Source: an uncultured Thermoplasmata archaeon (GTDB taxonomy: Archaea; Thermoplasmatota; Thermoplasmata; Lutacidiplasmatales; UBA184). From it: a stretch of DNA of 64,000 nucleotides. A program made the position numbers and the translations under genes. This document shows, piece by piece, positions 51,956 to 62,125 of the stretch. Position 1 is the stretch's first letter, and each line of letters starts with the position of its first letter. The notes beneath the pieces were generated by a model, which was not told where the DNA came from, searched no databases, and was given only the letters and a program-made list of their open reading frames with translations. Location: the NCBI GenBank assembly GCA_963713145.1, contig CAVQKI010000005.1:95166-159165 (forward strand). The letters run 5' to 3'.

Positions 51956-52540
51956 ATGACCCCGGGTGACATCGGGGACCGTCTCCGCTCGCTCCCGCCC
52001 GGCACCGCGGTCGCCCTCAAGCTCGACCCCCGCGAGTACGCCGACCAGTACTTCGCGGTCCTCAGCGCGGCGCTCCGGGACGTGGGGAGCGACACGAGCA
52101 CGCACACGATCTACGTCGCGGTGACGAGCCCGGCCTCGTTCGTCTGGTCGCTCGCCCAGGCGCTCGACGTCTCGTCGGACCGGATCTCGTTCGTCGACGC
52201 CATCAGCCATCTGATGATGCGCTTCGGCGACCCGCTTCCGAACGCCACGTACGTCGAGAGCCCCCGGGCCCTCGAGTCGATCATGCTCCGTGTCGAGTAT
52301 CTCCTCCGCCGGTCCAAGAGCCCCCGGTCCACGGTCATCATCGACAGCGTCAACTCGCTCGCCGTCCACAATCCCCCCGAGCTCCTCTCGGAGTTCCTCC
52401 ACATCCTGCTGAACAATCTGAAGAGCCGTCAGGTCCTGACGCTCGTGCTGGAGACGACCGAAGAACAGGCTGCGAGCGTCGAGCAGCTCCTGAACCTCGT
52501 GGTCGACGAGACGATCGACGTCGCGCGGCTGGGGCCCTGA
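51956..52540 (+). CDS. DUF835-like domain protein (no nucleotide-binding motifs), starting 4 nt after the upstream KaiC-like stop.
   Basis: TVIIDSVNSLAVHNPPELLSEFLHILLNNLKSRQVLTLVLETTEEQAASVEQLLNLVVDETIDV matches the DUF835 C-terminal pattern seen in the 12209..14243 protein. Confidence 0.45.
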   Translation: MTPGDIGDRLRSLPPGTAVALKLDPREYADQYFAVLSAALRDVGSDTSTHTIYVAVTSPASFVWSLAQALDVSSDRISFVDAISHLMMRFGDPLPNATYVESPRALESIMLRVEYLLRRSKSPRSTVIIDSVNSLAVHNPPELLSEFLHILLNNLKSRQVLTLVLETTEEQAASVEQLLNLVVDETIDVARLGP

Positions 52541-52542
52541 CC

Positions 52543-53308
52543 ATGGCGGAGGAATCCCCGATCCTCGGGATCCCCGAGATCGACCAGCCCCTCACTTCGG
52601 CTCTGCCGATGGGCTGGCTCGCCCTGCTCAAGGGGTCGACGGGCGCCGGCTCGTCCGTCCTGGCCAAGCAGTTCGCCCATGCGGGCGTCGGTTCCGTTCC
52701 GGTGCTGTTCTACACAACGTACGAGCGCACCGAGGACGTGCGCCAGTCGTTCAGCGATTTCGGTTGGGACCCGGACGGGGTCAAGATCGTCAACCTCGCC
52801 GATGAGTACTACGAGCGCGTCCTCGTCCGCGGGCTGGAGGTCGCGAAGGCCCGGGAACGGGGGCTGGGATTCGAAGGACTCGTCCGCGAGCAGCTGGGCG
52901 AGCGCCCCGCGACGACCTTCCGGCTCACCGACCGGATGCTCGCGGACCTCCAGGCGATCGACGCACCGTTCCGGCTTGTCGTCGACTCGATCGACTTCTT
53001 CTTCGAGATTCTGGCCCCTAGGGATGTCACCACGGTGGCCCGACAGATTCGCCACCGGTGCCGAGACGATCGGCGGCCAGGCCCTGATCACGCTCCACAC
53101 CTCCGTGGGGGACCGGGCCACGGCGGCGGTGCTCCAGGACCTCGCGGACGTGGTGCTGGACCTCCGCGCCGAGCCGGAGGCCGACCACTACGCCCACACG
53201 CTCTCGGTCGAGAAGGTGGGGAACCGCCCGAACCTCACGCGGATCTGGAAGGCGTCCCTTGGCGAGACCGGCTGGGGCGTCCGGGCCCCCGGGTCGACCT
53301 CGCGATAG
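52543..53308 (+). CDS. KaiC/RecA-like protein with a degenerate Walker A (GSTGAGSS, no Lys). One frame change lies near 53050.
   Basis: LTSALPMGWLALLKGSTGAGSSVLAKQFAH; Walker B-like RLVVDSIDFF. The C-terminus LITLHTSVGDRATAAVLQDLADVVLDL... lies in ORF 52679..53308. Confidence 0.5.
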
Positions 53309-53373
53309 CGGCCTACGCCCACGCCACCGAACCCTTATCCCCGTCGGTCGGCTCGTTCCGAGGAGGAAGACCC

Positions 53374-54160
53374 GTGGAAGACGTGCTGATCCGCCCGCTC
53401 GAGAAGGTCGACCTGAAGGACCCGATCCTGATCGAAGGTCTCCCGGGCGTGGGCAACGTCGGAAAGCTCGCGGCCGACTATCTCCGCGACCAGCTGCACG
53501 CCAAGCCCCTGGCCACGATCTACTCGAAGTTCTTCCCGCCCCAGGTCTACGTGAACGAGTCGGGGATCATACGGCTCGTGTCGAACGAGATCGCCTACTG
53601 GAAGGCGCCGGCCTCCGCCGCGCACGATATCCTGATCCTCGGCGGGGATTTCCAGGGGATCAGCCCCGAGGGCCAGTACCGAGATCACCGAACGGGTCCT
53701 CAGCTACTGCGCGACGCTCGGCGTCAAGGAGGTCTACACCCTCGCGGGCTTCGCCCAGGGGCGCGTGATCGAGGAGCCGCGCGTACTCGGAGCCGCCACC
53801 CTGCCCGCCCGGGTGGAGGCGATGAAGAAGTTCGGCGTCCATTTCTCGCGGAACGACCCCGGAGGGGGTCTGATCGGCGCGAGCGGCCTCTTCCTCGGGC
53901 TCGGGCGCCTTTTCGGTATGGAAGGGGTCTGCCTGATGGGAGAGACGAGCGGCTACTTCGTGGACCCCCGGAGCGCGGAGGCCGTTCTGAAGGTCCTCGC
54001 GCGCGTCCTGCACCTCGAGGTCGATTTCACGGCGCTCGAGGCCAAGGCGAAAGAGATCGACCGGATCGCGCAGAAGATCCACGAAGCAGAGCAGCGGACG
54101 ACCGAACCGACCCCCGGCTCGCCGGCCGGGAGCCGCGAGGACCTCGGGTACATCGGCTGA
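53374..54160 (+). CDS. PAC2-family protein (proteasome assembly chaperone-like, PbaB-type). GTG start is preceded by aggagg. One frame change lies near 53680.
   Basis: ILIEGLPGVGNVGKLAADYL...NESGIIRLVSNEIAYW...ILILGGDFQG. After the shift it reads EITERVLSYCATLGVKEVYTLAGFAQGRVIEEPRVLGAAT...CLMGETSGYFVDPRSAEAVLKVL. Confidence 0.6.
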
Positions 54161-54199
54161 GGGCGGCGCCTGGCACCCGGCCCGGTAGCGTCCCGAACG

Positions 54200-55489
54200 G
54201 TGGCCGGCGTGTTGAGCGACGGAGACCGAGAGCCAGCGATCGCGGAGCGGCTGCGCTCCGCCTCGGACGCGTCCGGATTCGTTCCGTTCGACCGGTTCAT
54301 GGACATCGCCCTCTACGCGGAGGGGGTGGGTTTCTACGCCCGAGCGGGACCCACGCTCGGCCCCCGCGGTGACTTCTACACGGCGGCGCACGTGCACCCG
54401 CTCTTCGCGCGGTCGATCGGCCGCAGACTGACCCAGGTTCGAGAAGCGCTGGGGGACGAACGACCGTTCTCGGTCGTCGAGGTCGGACCCGGTGACGGGA
54501 CTCTCGCGGAGGGGGTCATCCGAGCACTCGGTCCGGCGACCAAGAGCGGTGGGCCGATCGACTACGTCCTGCTGGAACGTTCCGTCCCCCTGCGCGCGCT
54601 CGCGCTCGAGCGCGCCCGCGCCGCTGGTGCGGCGGCCGGGGTCGCGGTCCGGACCAGCACGGGTCTCTCAGCGGACGGCCCGTTCTCCGGTGCCGTTCTC
54701 GCCAACGAAGTCCTGGACGCCCAGCCGGCCCGGAGGCTGCGCTGGACCGGGAGCGCTTGGCTCGAGCTGGGCGCGCGATGGGAGGGCGATCGACTCGTGC
54801 CTGCGGAGACTACGCTCACCCGCCCGCTCTCGGGGATGCCACTTACTCCGGTGCCGCCTCCGGACACAGTAGTGGAGGTCTCGCCCGCGGCCGAAGCGAT
54901 CGTCCGAGAGGTGGCCGACCACATGGCCCGTGGCCTGTTCGTCCTGCTCGACTACGGAATGGAAGAGACCGAGCTGTGGTCCGCGCATCCGTCCGGGACG
55001 CTCGCGGCGGTGCGCCGCCACCACTCGGTCAACGACCCGTTCGGTGCACCTGGCAGCACCGACCTGTCCGTGTTCGTGAACTTTACCCGGATCCGCGAGG
55101 CGTGCACGGCGGCGGGACTCGTCCAGCTCGAGTTCGGCCGCCAGGCGGAGGCTCTTGGACGCTGGGGGTTCCCGGCGCTTCTCGAGACCGAGCTCCGTGC
55201 GGCGCGCTCCCCCGAAGAGGAGGTTCGAACGCGGCTCGCGACGAAGAACCTGCTCTTCGGCTTCGACCGGTTCCAGGTGCTCGAACTGGCGGCGCCCGAG
55301 AGCGCGGACGTACTGTCCCTGGCTCAGGCCGGAGGACCCAGCGCTCGGGCGATGATCGATTCCGCGACCTTCGAATCCACAAGGATCTTCGCGGTGTCGG
55401 GCGGAAGGGAAAGGATGTCGTCGTTCCGGATGTCGACCGTCTCCGGCCCGACCTCGATCGGCCGACCGTCCTTGACGACCCGTACGTAA
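54200..55489 (+). CDS. Class I SAM-dependent methyltransferase, DUF185 (MidA/NDUFAF7-like) family. The 3' approximately 150 nt overlaps GINS51 and may be read-through.
   Basis: FSVVEVGPGDGTLAEGVIRAL is the Rossmann motif I. Family-typical DYGMEE and FTRIREA segments. Confidence 0.65.
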   Translation: MAGVLSDGDREPAIAERLRSASDASGFVPFDRFMDIALYAEGVGFYARAGPTLGPRGDFYTAAHVHPLFARSIGRRLTQVREALGDERPFSVVEVGPGDGTLAEGVIRALGPATKSGGPIDYVLLERSVPLRALALERARAAGAAAGVAVRTSTGLSADGPFSGAVLANEVLDAQPARRLRWTGSAWLELGARWEGDRLVPAETTLTRPLSGMPLTPVPPPDTVVEVSPAAEAIVREVADHMARGLFVLLDYGMEETELWSAHPSGTLAAVRRHHSVNDPFGAPGSTDLSVFVNFTRIREACTAAGLVQLEFGRQAEALGRWGFPALLETELRAARSPEEEVRTRLATKNLLFGFDRFQVLELAAPESADVLSLAQAGGPSARAMIDSATFESTRIFAVSGGRERMSSFRMSTVSGPTSIGRPSLTTRT

Positions 55490-55983
55490 GCGAGGGATCC
55501 GCCGACTCCCCGCGGCGCGGGCGCCGCCCCCGAGGAACGGGAGGTCTTCTGAGGGGCAGGCTCGTGGCCGCGGGCCGGCGCCAGCGGTACCGCCGGGATC
55601 GGGGTTGACAGGGCCGCCGTGGGGGGAGACGACGGCTCGAGGTACGGAGCGGCAGTCCGTCTCAGCGTCTGGAACGTCGAAAGCAGCTGGTCGAACATCA
55701 CCTTCTCCTCGGCGAGCGCGTTGGGCAGCTCCCGCGACCCGCCGATGCTGGCCTGGAACGCGAGCGAGAGGACCTTCTGCATCCGACCCTCGAGGACGTC
55801 CCTCGCCACCTGGGTCGCCCGTTGGTACGTCTGGCGAGAGATCTCGCCCTTCCGGGAGGACGGGTTCTCTCGAAGGTCCGACTCGTACGACCGCCTCAGT
55901 TCGGCGAGGTACTGCGCGGTCGAGGCATAGTAGTCGGGGGAAGCTTCGCGAGGGTCCGGCCCGCGGCCTCGTTCCGGCGCCAT
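55324..55983 (-). CDS. GINS complex subunit Gins51 (A and B domains).
   Basis: A-domain helices YYASTAQYLAELRRSYESDLRENPSSRKGEISRQTYQRATQVARDVLEGRMQKVLSLA. C-terminal B-domain YVRVVKDGRPIEVGPETVDIRNDDILSLPPDTAKILVDSKVAESI. Confidence 0.6.
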   Translation of the reverse strand: MAPERGRGPDPREASPDYYASTAQYLAELRRSYESDLRENPSSRKGEISRQTYQRATQVARDVLEGRMQKVLSLAFQASIGGSRELPNALAEEKVMFDQLLSTFQTLRRTAAPYLEPSSPPTAALSTPIPAVPLAPARGHEPAPQKTSRSSGAAPAPRGVGGSLAYVRVVKDGRPIEVGPETVDIRNDDILSLPPDTAKILVDSKVAESIIARALGPPA

Positions 55984-56105
55984 TCGAGCAGCATCGTGAA
56001 CGTGTCGGGCATCAGGAACGGCGGGACTGCGCTAGGACTATAGGAGATGTGCGGTGCTTCGAGGGCGGACCGGAGGGTGAGCCTCTCCGGCACCGACCGA
56101 TCCGG

Positions 56106-56578
56106 ATGACGCACGACCGGGAGAACGATGCCGCCTTCGAGGATTTCCTCGAGCTGTGGCGCAAGCTCCTGGCCGACAGCCTCGTTCCCGGAACCGTCGT
56201 GGTAGTGGAAGGCGAGCGGGACCGCCGGTCGCTCCGTCGGCTCGGTCTCGCCGGGGCGATCGTCGCCGTGCACGAAGGCCAGACCCTCTCGGGTACCGCC
56301 CAGCGCCTGACGGCCACGAGCCGTCGTGTCATCCTCCTCACCGACTGGGACAGCGAGGGCGGCCGCCTGGCCCACCGTCTGAAGGAGTTCCTCTCGGCCG
56401 AACGCCTCGACCTCGACCTGGACTACCGGCTGGCGACTCGCGTCGGCCCTCCGTGGAGAGCTGGTCCACGTGGAGGGCCTCGCCGGATGGGCCAGGCGAA
56501 ACGCGGAACGACGCAAGGCGTCGATCGAGTCGCTGCTCGACCTCGGCGACTCGGCGGGACCCGCGGGCCCTACGGAAT
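56106..56578 (+). CDS. Small Toprim-domain protein, divergent from gins51. One frame change lies near 56460.
   Basis: VVVEGERDRRSLRRLGLAGAIVAVHEGQ...VILLTDWDSEGGRLAHRL has the E...DxD Toprim motif. The C-terminus LVHVEGLAGWARRNAERRKASIESLLDL is in the next frame. Confidence 0.45.
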
Positions 56579-57184
56579 GACCTTGGACTGGGTTCGCCGG
56601 GTGTCGCGTCGGTTGCGAGCGCGGGACGGTCGGAACCGCTCGGTGCCCTTGCCGGACCAGCGCAGGCCGCGACCCTCGGTGCCCGCGCTCGTCAAGCCGC
56701 GGTAGACGCGGTTCTTGTTCGGGGGATCGCCGATCCAGGCGATCTTCGGGTCCGAGACGATCTCGGGGTGGACCGGGTCCACGAGGATCACTTCGTAGAA
56801 CTTCTGCTTTCCATCCTCGCCCACCCAGTAGGAGTTGAGGACCTCTAGGTTCGGGTAGTGCTTCTGCGCCCGCTCCTCAGCGATGCGTCGGAGGCTCTTC
56901 GCGAGCGTCATCCGCAGGATGCCCTTGTGCTTCGGCCGACGGCCCGCGATGATCGCCCGCTTTCGCTGGCCCCCGCGTCGAACGCGGACGCGAACGATGG
57001 AGTACCCGCCCTTAGCGCGGTATCCTACAGCCCTCGCCCGGTCGAGCCGGGTAGGACGCTCGAGCCGCGTGACGGTGGTCTCCTGGCGCCACGTGAGGAG
57101 CCGCTCGTGGCGCAGGGGCGCGCCCTCGTCGCCGAGCGTCTGGCGGAACGAACGGGCCATGTACCGATAGGCAGAGGTCGACAT
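56570..57184 (-). CDS. rpl15e: 50S ribosomal protein L15e.
   Basis: MARSFRQTL..., YSIVRVRVRRGGQRKRAIIAGRRPKHKG, EVILVDPVHPEI. Confidence 0.85.
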   Translation of the reverse strand: MSTSAYRYMARSFRQTLGDEGAPLRHERLLTWRQETTVTRLERPTRLDRARAVGYRAKGGYSIVRVRVRRGGQRKRAIIAGRRPKHKGILRMTLAKSLRRIAEERAQKHYPNLEVLNSYWVGEDGKQKFYEVILVDPVHPEIVSDPKIAWIGDPPNKNRVYRGLTSAGTEGRGLRWSGKGTERFRPSRARNRRDTRRTQSKVIP

Positions 57185-57337
57185 CGAGCGCGGCGCGGGG
57201 ACCCGGGCACCGATTATAAAGGTAGCGTTGACAGCCGAGAGCGTCCTCGCCGGCAGGCGGATTCCGCGCAGTTCCCACGGAACGAGGGACTCCGGGCGGG
57301 GACAGTCGCTGTCGAAGGTCCACCCGGGTCGTCGCCG

Positions 57338-57760
57338 TCACGCGGGGTGGGCAGGCTCCTCCGGGGGTCGCGACCAGGGCAGGTGGGGGTCGGTCGGTCG
57401 AACGACCTTGGCTGTGGCGTGGCTCTCCGTGGCGATCGCCCGCTCGAGGTGACTCGAAAGCTCCCGCACGAGGCGGTCCATCCGCGCGAGCTCGCCCGCA
57501 GGGATCTCGGTGGGTGCCTCCCAGACGAGAGCGGCTCCCCCGCTGGTCGGATAGAATCGGAAGGACAGGACGGCGGCGGCGGGGGGCACGGCTGGGTTCT
57601 GCCGCTCGAGACGACCGCGAACATGGCTCTCTGACGGCTCGGTCGAGTCCTCGCGATCGACCGTGTAACCGAGGGTCGTGAGGTAATCCGAGAGATACCC
57701 CGCGAATCGCTCACGGCCGATCCCCCGGACCCTAAGCCAATCGCCGTTGCCCACCGTCAC
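57338..57760 (-). CDS. Hypothetical protein (140 aa).
   Basis: MTVGNGDWLRVRGIGRERFAGYLSDYLTTLGYTVDREDSTEPSESHVRGRLERQNP... has protein-like composition; no family recognised. Confidence 0.3.
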   Translation of the reverse strand: MTVGNGDWLRVRGIGRERFAGYLSDYLTTLGYTVDREDSTEPSESHVRGRLERQNPAVPPAAAVLSFRFYPTSGGAALVWEAPTEIPAGELARMDRLVRELSSHLERAIATESHATAKVVRPTDPHLPWSRPPEEPAHPA

Positions 57761-58499
57761 TTACGACCCTCCGCTTTCAGCGCGCGCTCGAGGCTCTTCC
57801 AGAGCCCGAGCATCATCCGGTACTCCGCCTCAGTAGGCGTCGCCCGACCGAGGACTCGACGAAACAGGAGGATTAAACCCCGTCGTTTGTGCGCGGGGTA
57901 CCGGGTTCTGCCGACGAGGTGCTCCAACCTCTCTAGGAACAGCTCCTTCTCCTTGCCGTTCAGCTCGAGAACGTCCGGTGCGGGCGTCGTTTCGGGATCG
58001 GTGGGACCGCGGGCCCGGTGGACAGCGTAGAGCACGACCCCGACCGCGTGCGAGACGTTCAAGGTCGGGAACTCGCGACGGGCAGGAATATGAACGAGGA
58101 GGTCGCAGCGCTCGAGCTCGGTTCGGCTCAGGCCGTTGTCCTCGGGACCGAAGACGAGCGCCACGCGTCCCTCGACCACCCGGAGGATCTCCCCGACCCT
58201 CTCCGGGCTGACCGACCGGCGGAGGTAGGCGGTGGAGCGTCCCGTCGAGAGGTCGGTCGTGCCGACCACGAGGTCCGCGTCCGCGACCGCCCGGTCCAGC
58301 GTCGAGAACTTCACCGCGGCGCGAAGAATAGGGAGGCCGCCCATCGCCCGCCGCCGGGCCTCGGCCCGGAGGGGTGCCCGCGGAGCGACGAGGACGAGTC
58401 GAGTGGCGCCGAAGTTCCGCGCGGCGCGAGCGACCGCTCCCACGTTCCCGTCCTCCTTCGGACGGACGAGGACGACGTCGACCCGGGCGCTCACCCGCC
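57757..58499 (-). CDS. SpoU/TrmH-class RNA 2'-O-methyltransferase (TrmJ-like). GTG start.
   Basis: VSARVDVVLVRPKEDGNVGAVARAARNFG, ALVFGPEDNGLSRTELERCDLLVHIP, TLNVSHAVGVVLYAV are the SPOUT motifs. The upstream approximately 175 codons of the ORF are junk. Confidence 0.65.
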
Positions 58500-59552
58500 G
58501 GTTCCCTCCGCGAACAGGCGACGGACCATCCAGTCGGGGTCGAACGGAACGAGGTCCTGGTACCCTTGGCCGACGCCCACGAACACGATCGGCTTCTTCA
58601 CGACGTAAGCAGCGCTGAGCGCCGCCCCGCCCTTCACGTCGGCGTCGAGCTTCGTCAGTACGAGGCCGTCGAGCCCGATCGATTTCTCGAACAGTCGCGC
58701 CTGCTCCGTGACGTCGTTCCCGCTGAGCGCATCCCCGACGAACAGCGTGAGCGTCGGCGAGACGACACGCCGGATCTTCTTCGCCTCTTCGATCAGGTTC
58801 TCGTTGGTGTGCTGGCGGCCGGCGGTGTCGACCAGAACGACGTCCACTCCCTTCGCCCGGGCGTGCTCGACCGCGTCGAAGGCAACGGCCGCGGGGTCGC
58901 TCCCTTCCTGCTGGCGGATGACCCGCACCCCCAGGCGCTCGCCGTGGACGAGCAGTTGCTCGATCGCCCCGGCCCGGAAAGTGTCCCCCGCCGCGATGAC
59001 CGCGCGGAATCCTTGGGCGCCCAGCCATCCGGCGAACTTCGCGACCGTAGTGGTCTTACCGCTCCCGTTCACCCCGACGAACAGGATGATGTAGGGCTTC
59101 GGGACGTGGGCTCGGATCCGCGCCGCGAGGTCGAGCGGGGGCAGCGCGAGGATCGCGCGGACCGAACGCTCAAGGCAGCCACGGATCGCCTCCTCCGCTT
59201 CGAGACCGGAGCGGAGCTTGCGGCCGGAGAGCTCCTTCTTCAGGTCGCGGCGGAGCCGGTCGACCACCGGAAGAGCGATGTCCGATTGGAGCATCGCGAT
59301 CTCGAGGTCGTCGAGGACGTCCTCGATGGTCGCATCCTTCAGCTTCTGCCCGAAGAACCCATCGGAGAAGATCGAGGCGCCCGAAGCGTCTACCGAGACC
59401 GGGGTGGAGGGCGCCGAGGGCCGAGGCTCCGTGCGCGGAGGGCGATCGGTAGCCGGCGCAGTGGACGCCGGTCGGGCGGTCGAATGGGTCGGGGGTACCG
59501 GCTCGGGCTCGCTCGACCCGCGTCGGAGCCGAGCCTTAAGAGCCGCCCACAT
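58491..59552 (-). CDS. ftsY: Signal recognition particle receptor FtsY.
   Basis: Disordered N-terminus, NG domain with FVGVNGSGKTTT, DTAGRQHTNENL, LTKLDADVKGG. Confidence 0.85.
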   Translation of the reverse strand: MWAALKARLRRGSSEPEPVPPTHSTARPASTAPATDRPPRTEPRPSAPSTPVSVDASGASIFSDGFFGQKLKDATIEDVLDDLEIAMLQSDIALPVVDRLRRDLKKELSGRKLRSGLEAEEAIRGCLERSVRAILALPPLDLAARIRAHVPKPYIILFVGVNGSGKTTTVAKFAGWLGAQGFRAVIAAGDTFRAGAIEQLLVHGERLGVRVIRQQEGSDPAAVAFDAVEHARAKGVDVVLVDTAGRQHTNENLIEEAKKIRRVVSPTLTLFVGDALSGNDVTEQARLFEKSIGLDGLVLTKLDADVKGGAALSAAYVVKKPIVFVGVGQGYQDLVPFDPDWMVRRLFAEGTGG

Positions 59553-60000
59553 CGGCCGAGGCTCCCGAAGAGCGCTCCGTGGCTTCGAGCCGCGCCGAGA
59601 TCTGCTGGATCCGCTCGTCGACCGAGGTCATCTTCCCTTCGAGGTCCCGGACCGCCTGGTCGATGCGACCGAGGCGTTGCGCGAGAAGCTCGACGACCTT
59701 CGGCCGGACCATCTCGACAACGATGCCCGACCCGATCCCGATGAGCACCGGAGCGTCCCGGGTGACCGACCCGCGGACGAACGCCTCTCCACCCAAGGGC
59801 AGGAGAAACTCGGTGCCCGACGCTGCGCGGTCGATCCCCTCGAGGCTTTCGCGCGCTCGGGCGTGGTCCTGGCGGGACGCCGTGAGGATCTGGTGCTGCT
59901 GGAGGAGCGTGTTCAGCTGGCCGCGGTACGCGTCGAGGCGCATCAGGTCCTCCTGGACCTCGTGTGATGTAGGATTAGGTCCGTGCGATGAAGCCACCAT
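59536..60000 (-). CDS. pfdA: Prefoldin alpha subunit.
   Basis: Coiled coil, beta hairpins, coiled coil: LMRLDAYRGQLNTLLQQHQIL...EFLLPLGGEAFVRGSV...VLIGIGSGIVVEM...IQQISARLEA. Confidence 0.7.
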   Translation of the reverse strand: MVASSHGPNPTSHEVQEDLMRLDAYRGQLNTLLQQHQILTASRQDHARARESLEGIDRAASGTEFLLPLGGEAFVRGSVTRDAPVLIGIGSGIVVEMVRPKVVELLAQRLGRIDQAVRDLEGKMTSVDERIQQISARLEATERSSGASADVGGS

Positions 60001-60272
60001 TTGAGACTCTTTCTCGAACCCCCGGACTGGCTGGCCGACTTAACTCTTCCTCGATGGGGCGGCCGCCCTCGAGTCCCCTTACCACGGGGTTCGCGCCCGC
60101 CGCGTTCGATGCGCTTGATCTCGGGGTCCGGCGGCCGGTACTGCCTGCAGGGAGCGGGTGGTGGCATTGGCCGTTTGTCTCGGTGACGCGGGCCTGCCCC
60201 CACTCGACCGAGCGTAGGCGCGTTAGTCCCGCCCGTCGCCAGCCCGGTTTCCGCGAACCGGCCCCTGTCGCG

Positions 60273-60523
60273 CAGCATGCACGAGCCCACTCCACCGGCC
60301 GGCGAGCCGGTCCATGCACCGTCCGGCCAAACCGGTCCATGCCGCGTACGATGCACGGTCCCATTCCACCGGCCGCGGACCGGTCCATGCACCGTCCGGC
60401 CAAACCGGTCCATGCCGCGTACGATGCACGGTCCCATTCCACCGGCCGGCCGGACCGGTGCATGCACCTCCCGACCGGACTACTGCATGACGCGAACTAT
60501 GCACGATCCCCTTCCTCCGGCCG
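60273..60523. repeat. Intergenic tandem repeat of about 74-bp period in about 3.4 copies. Each unit ends in CCACCGGCCGG and contains CCGGTCCATGCMCCG sub-repeats.
   Basis: Direct inspection. Unit ends at 60302, 60376, 60450 and 60523. No ORF of credible composition covers it. Confidence 0.7.
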
Positions 60524-60757
60524 GTGCCTCTCCTCCCGAGGTCCCGCTCCCGACTCCGGTGACCCTGAATCCGGCTCGAACCCTAGCCATGGATTCGAAT
60601 TGATCAAGCTCGTGGTCGCTTCAACCCCCCCCGCAGAGAACCCTCACCGTTGAAAACGGTCAGACCAGCCGAGAAGAGAGCAGGACAATGCGCAACCCGC
60701 CGGTTTCCTAGCCCGCGCATCGACTGCTCCCGCCGAGTTTCGAATCCTGTCGGCTGA

Positions 60758-61515
60758 CTAGGCTAGTCCGAGGAGGACCAGAACCTCCGAGAGATGGTCG
60801 ATACTCGGAACCGAGGAATCGATCTCCGGTGCATCCTCGCGCGGATTGACATAGTCCCAATAGTGCGCTTGGAGTCCACGGTACAGGGCAGCCCCCATGC
60901 CGAATCTACGAGCCCCCTCCACGTCATACACCCAGCTGTCCCCGACGTGAAGGATTTCAGAGGCAGGAACGCCGGCCCGCCTCACCGCCTCGGCAAAAAT
61001 TTGCGGGTCGGGCTTGCAAGCACCGACGTCCGTCGAGGCGATAACGTGGGCAAGCCGCATCCCTCCGGTCTCCTCCAAGAACGACTTCCAAGCCGATCCC
61101 GATCGGTTGGTGTCCGTGATCATGACCACGGGAAACCCCACCTCGTTCAGATGTCGTACGAGAGCCTGGGCCTCGGGATTGACCACGGGAGGATGTTCCT
61201 TCAACCCCCCTTCGGCGTAGCGCTGGACGACCTGCTCGACAGGGCCGGTGGTACTGAGCTCCCAGGATCTGAAGTATCCGTTCGACCTGGGTCGCCACCG
61301 GGACGGAAGCCGCACGCCGACCCTCAGTCTTCCACTCCGAGAGAAGAGCCCCCCGTGCCATGCGGAGGTCCTCCGGTAGAATCGGACTCCCTTCGGCCCT
61401 ACGGAGCCCTTGCCCGAGGAGAATCCAACGGACATCGTCACTGAGCCTCGACGATGGCCCGCGTATCCCAGACAACGGTGTCATGGAGATCCAGGGAGAG
61501 AACGCGGTATCCCAT
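60758..61515 (-). CDS. HAD-superfamily hydrolase. Two or more frame changes (about 61250 and about 61445).
   Basis: Start MGYRVLSLDLHDTVVWD (motif I region). Cap-domain fragment in the second frame. C-terminus VVMITDTNRSGSAWKSFLEETG...DVGACKPDPQIF...ILHVGDSWVYDVEGARRFGMGAALY (motifs III and IV). Confidence 0.5.
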
Positions 61516-61659
61516 GGGAAGGCACTCGCAACTCAGCGCAAGCTACCGGGAACGATTAGACTGCCCCCCGCGGACGGGCGGAACACGCCGCGACCTTGGC
61601 GGAAGGCGCGGGTCCGATGAATGGATCGTAATCAGCGCACCCCACAGGCTGCGCGTCGT

Positions 61660-62125
61660 TCAGAAACCCACGGGTTCTCTACGGGCCGATTGCCAGCCGA
61701 CCGGGATCTTAGAGAAGGTGCCCGTAAGCTGAAGGGTAGCTGGCCCGCCGCTGCAAAATTGGAACTGATACTGAGAACCCCCATCGACATCGACGGTCCC
61801 CGTTCCGGAGGAGTAGCTAGTGCTGAACATGGCCACGCCGGGCGGCGCGATCATCACAAAGGAGACACTGGTACTATCGTTCACTGTCCAGGAGAACACA
61901 AAAGTACCCGTCGTGCTCAACCGTCAGATTGGGCCCCCAACCGCACTTGAATCCCCCTTCGCTTGATATTGAGGATGACTCCGGTTCGTGCTGGGGCAGG
62001 GGCACTACGGCCAGCAGGAGAATCACCATCGAGCCGAGGATGATGGCAGCGATGATCGGGCCCAACCATGGACTCCATTCTCGCCGACCGGTCTGTGAGG
62101 ATGCCGTTGGGTACCCCTTCTCCAT
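61660..62125 (-). CDS. Small N-terminally anchored Ser/Thr-rich protein. One frame change lies near 61880. Lies in a lower-GC block.
   Basis: MEKGYPTASSQTGRREWSPWLGPIIAAIILGSMVILLLAVVPL continues as ...STTGTFVFSWTVNDSTSVSFVMIAPPGVAMFSTSYSSGTGTVDVDGGSQYQF. Confidence 0.3.

Noticed and set aside
60273-60523. Tandem repeats as a CRISPR array
   Set aside because: The units are contiguous at about 74 bp with no unique spacers, and no cas genes are nearby. The 99-nt repeats at 27380-28100 are protein-coding.
60700-60760. TTCGAATCC T-loop-like string (gagtttcgaatcctgtcggc) suggesting a tRNA
   Set aside because: The flanks cannot form a 5-bp T stem around a 7-nt loop. No acceptor, D or anticodon arms could be built on either strand.
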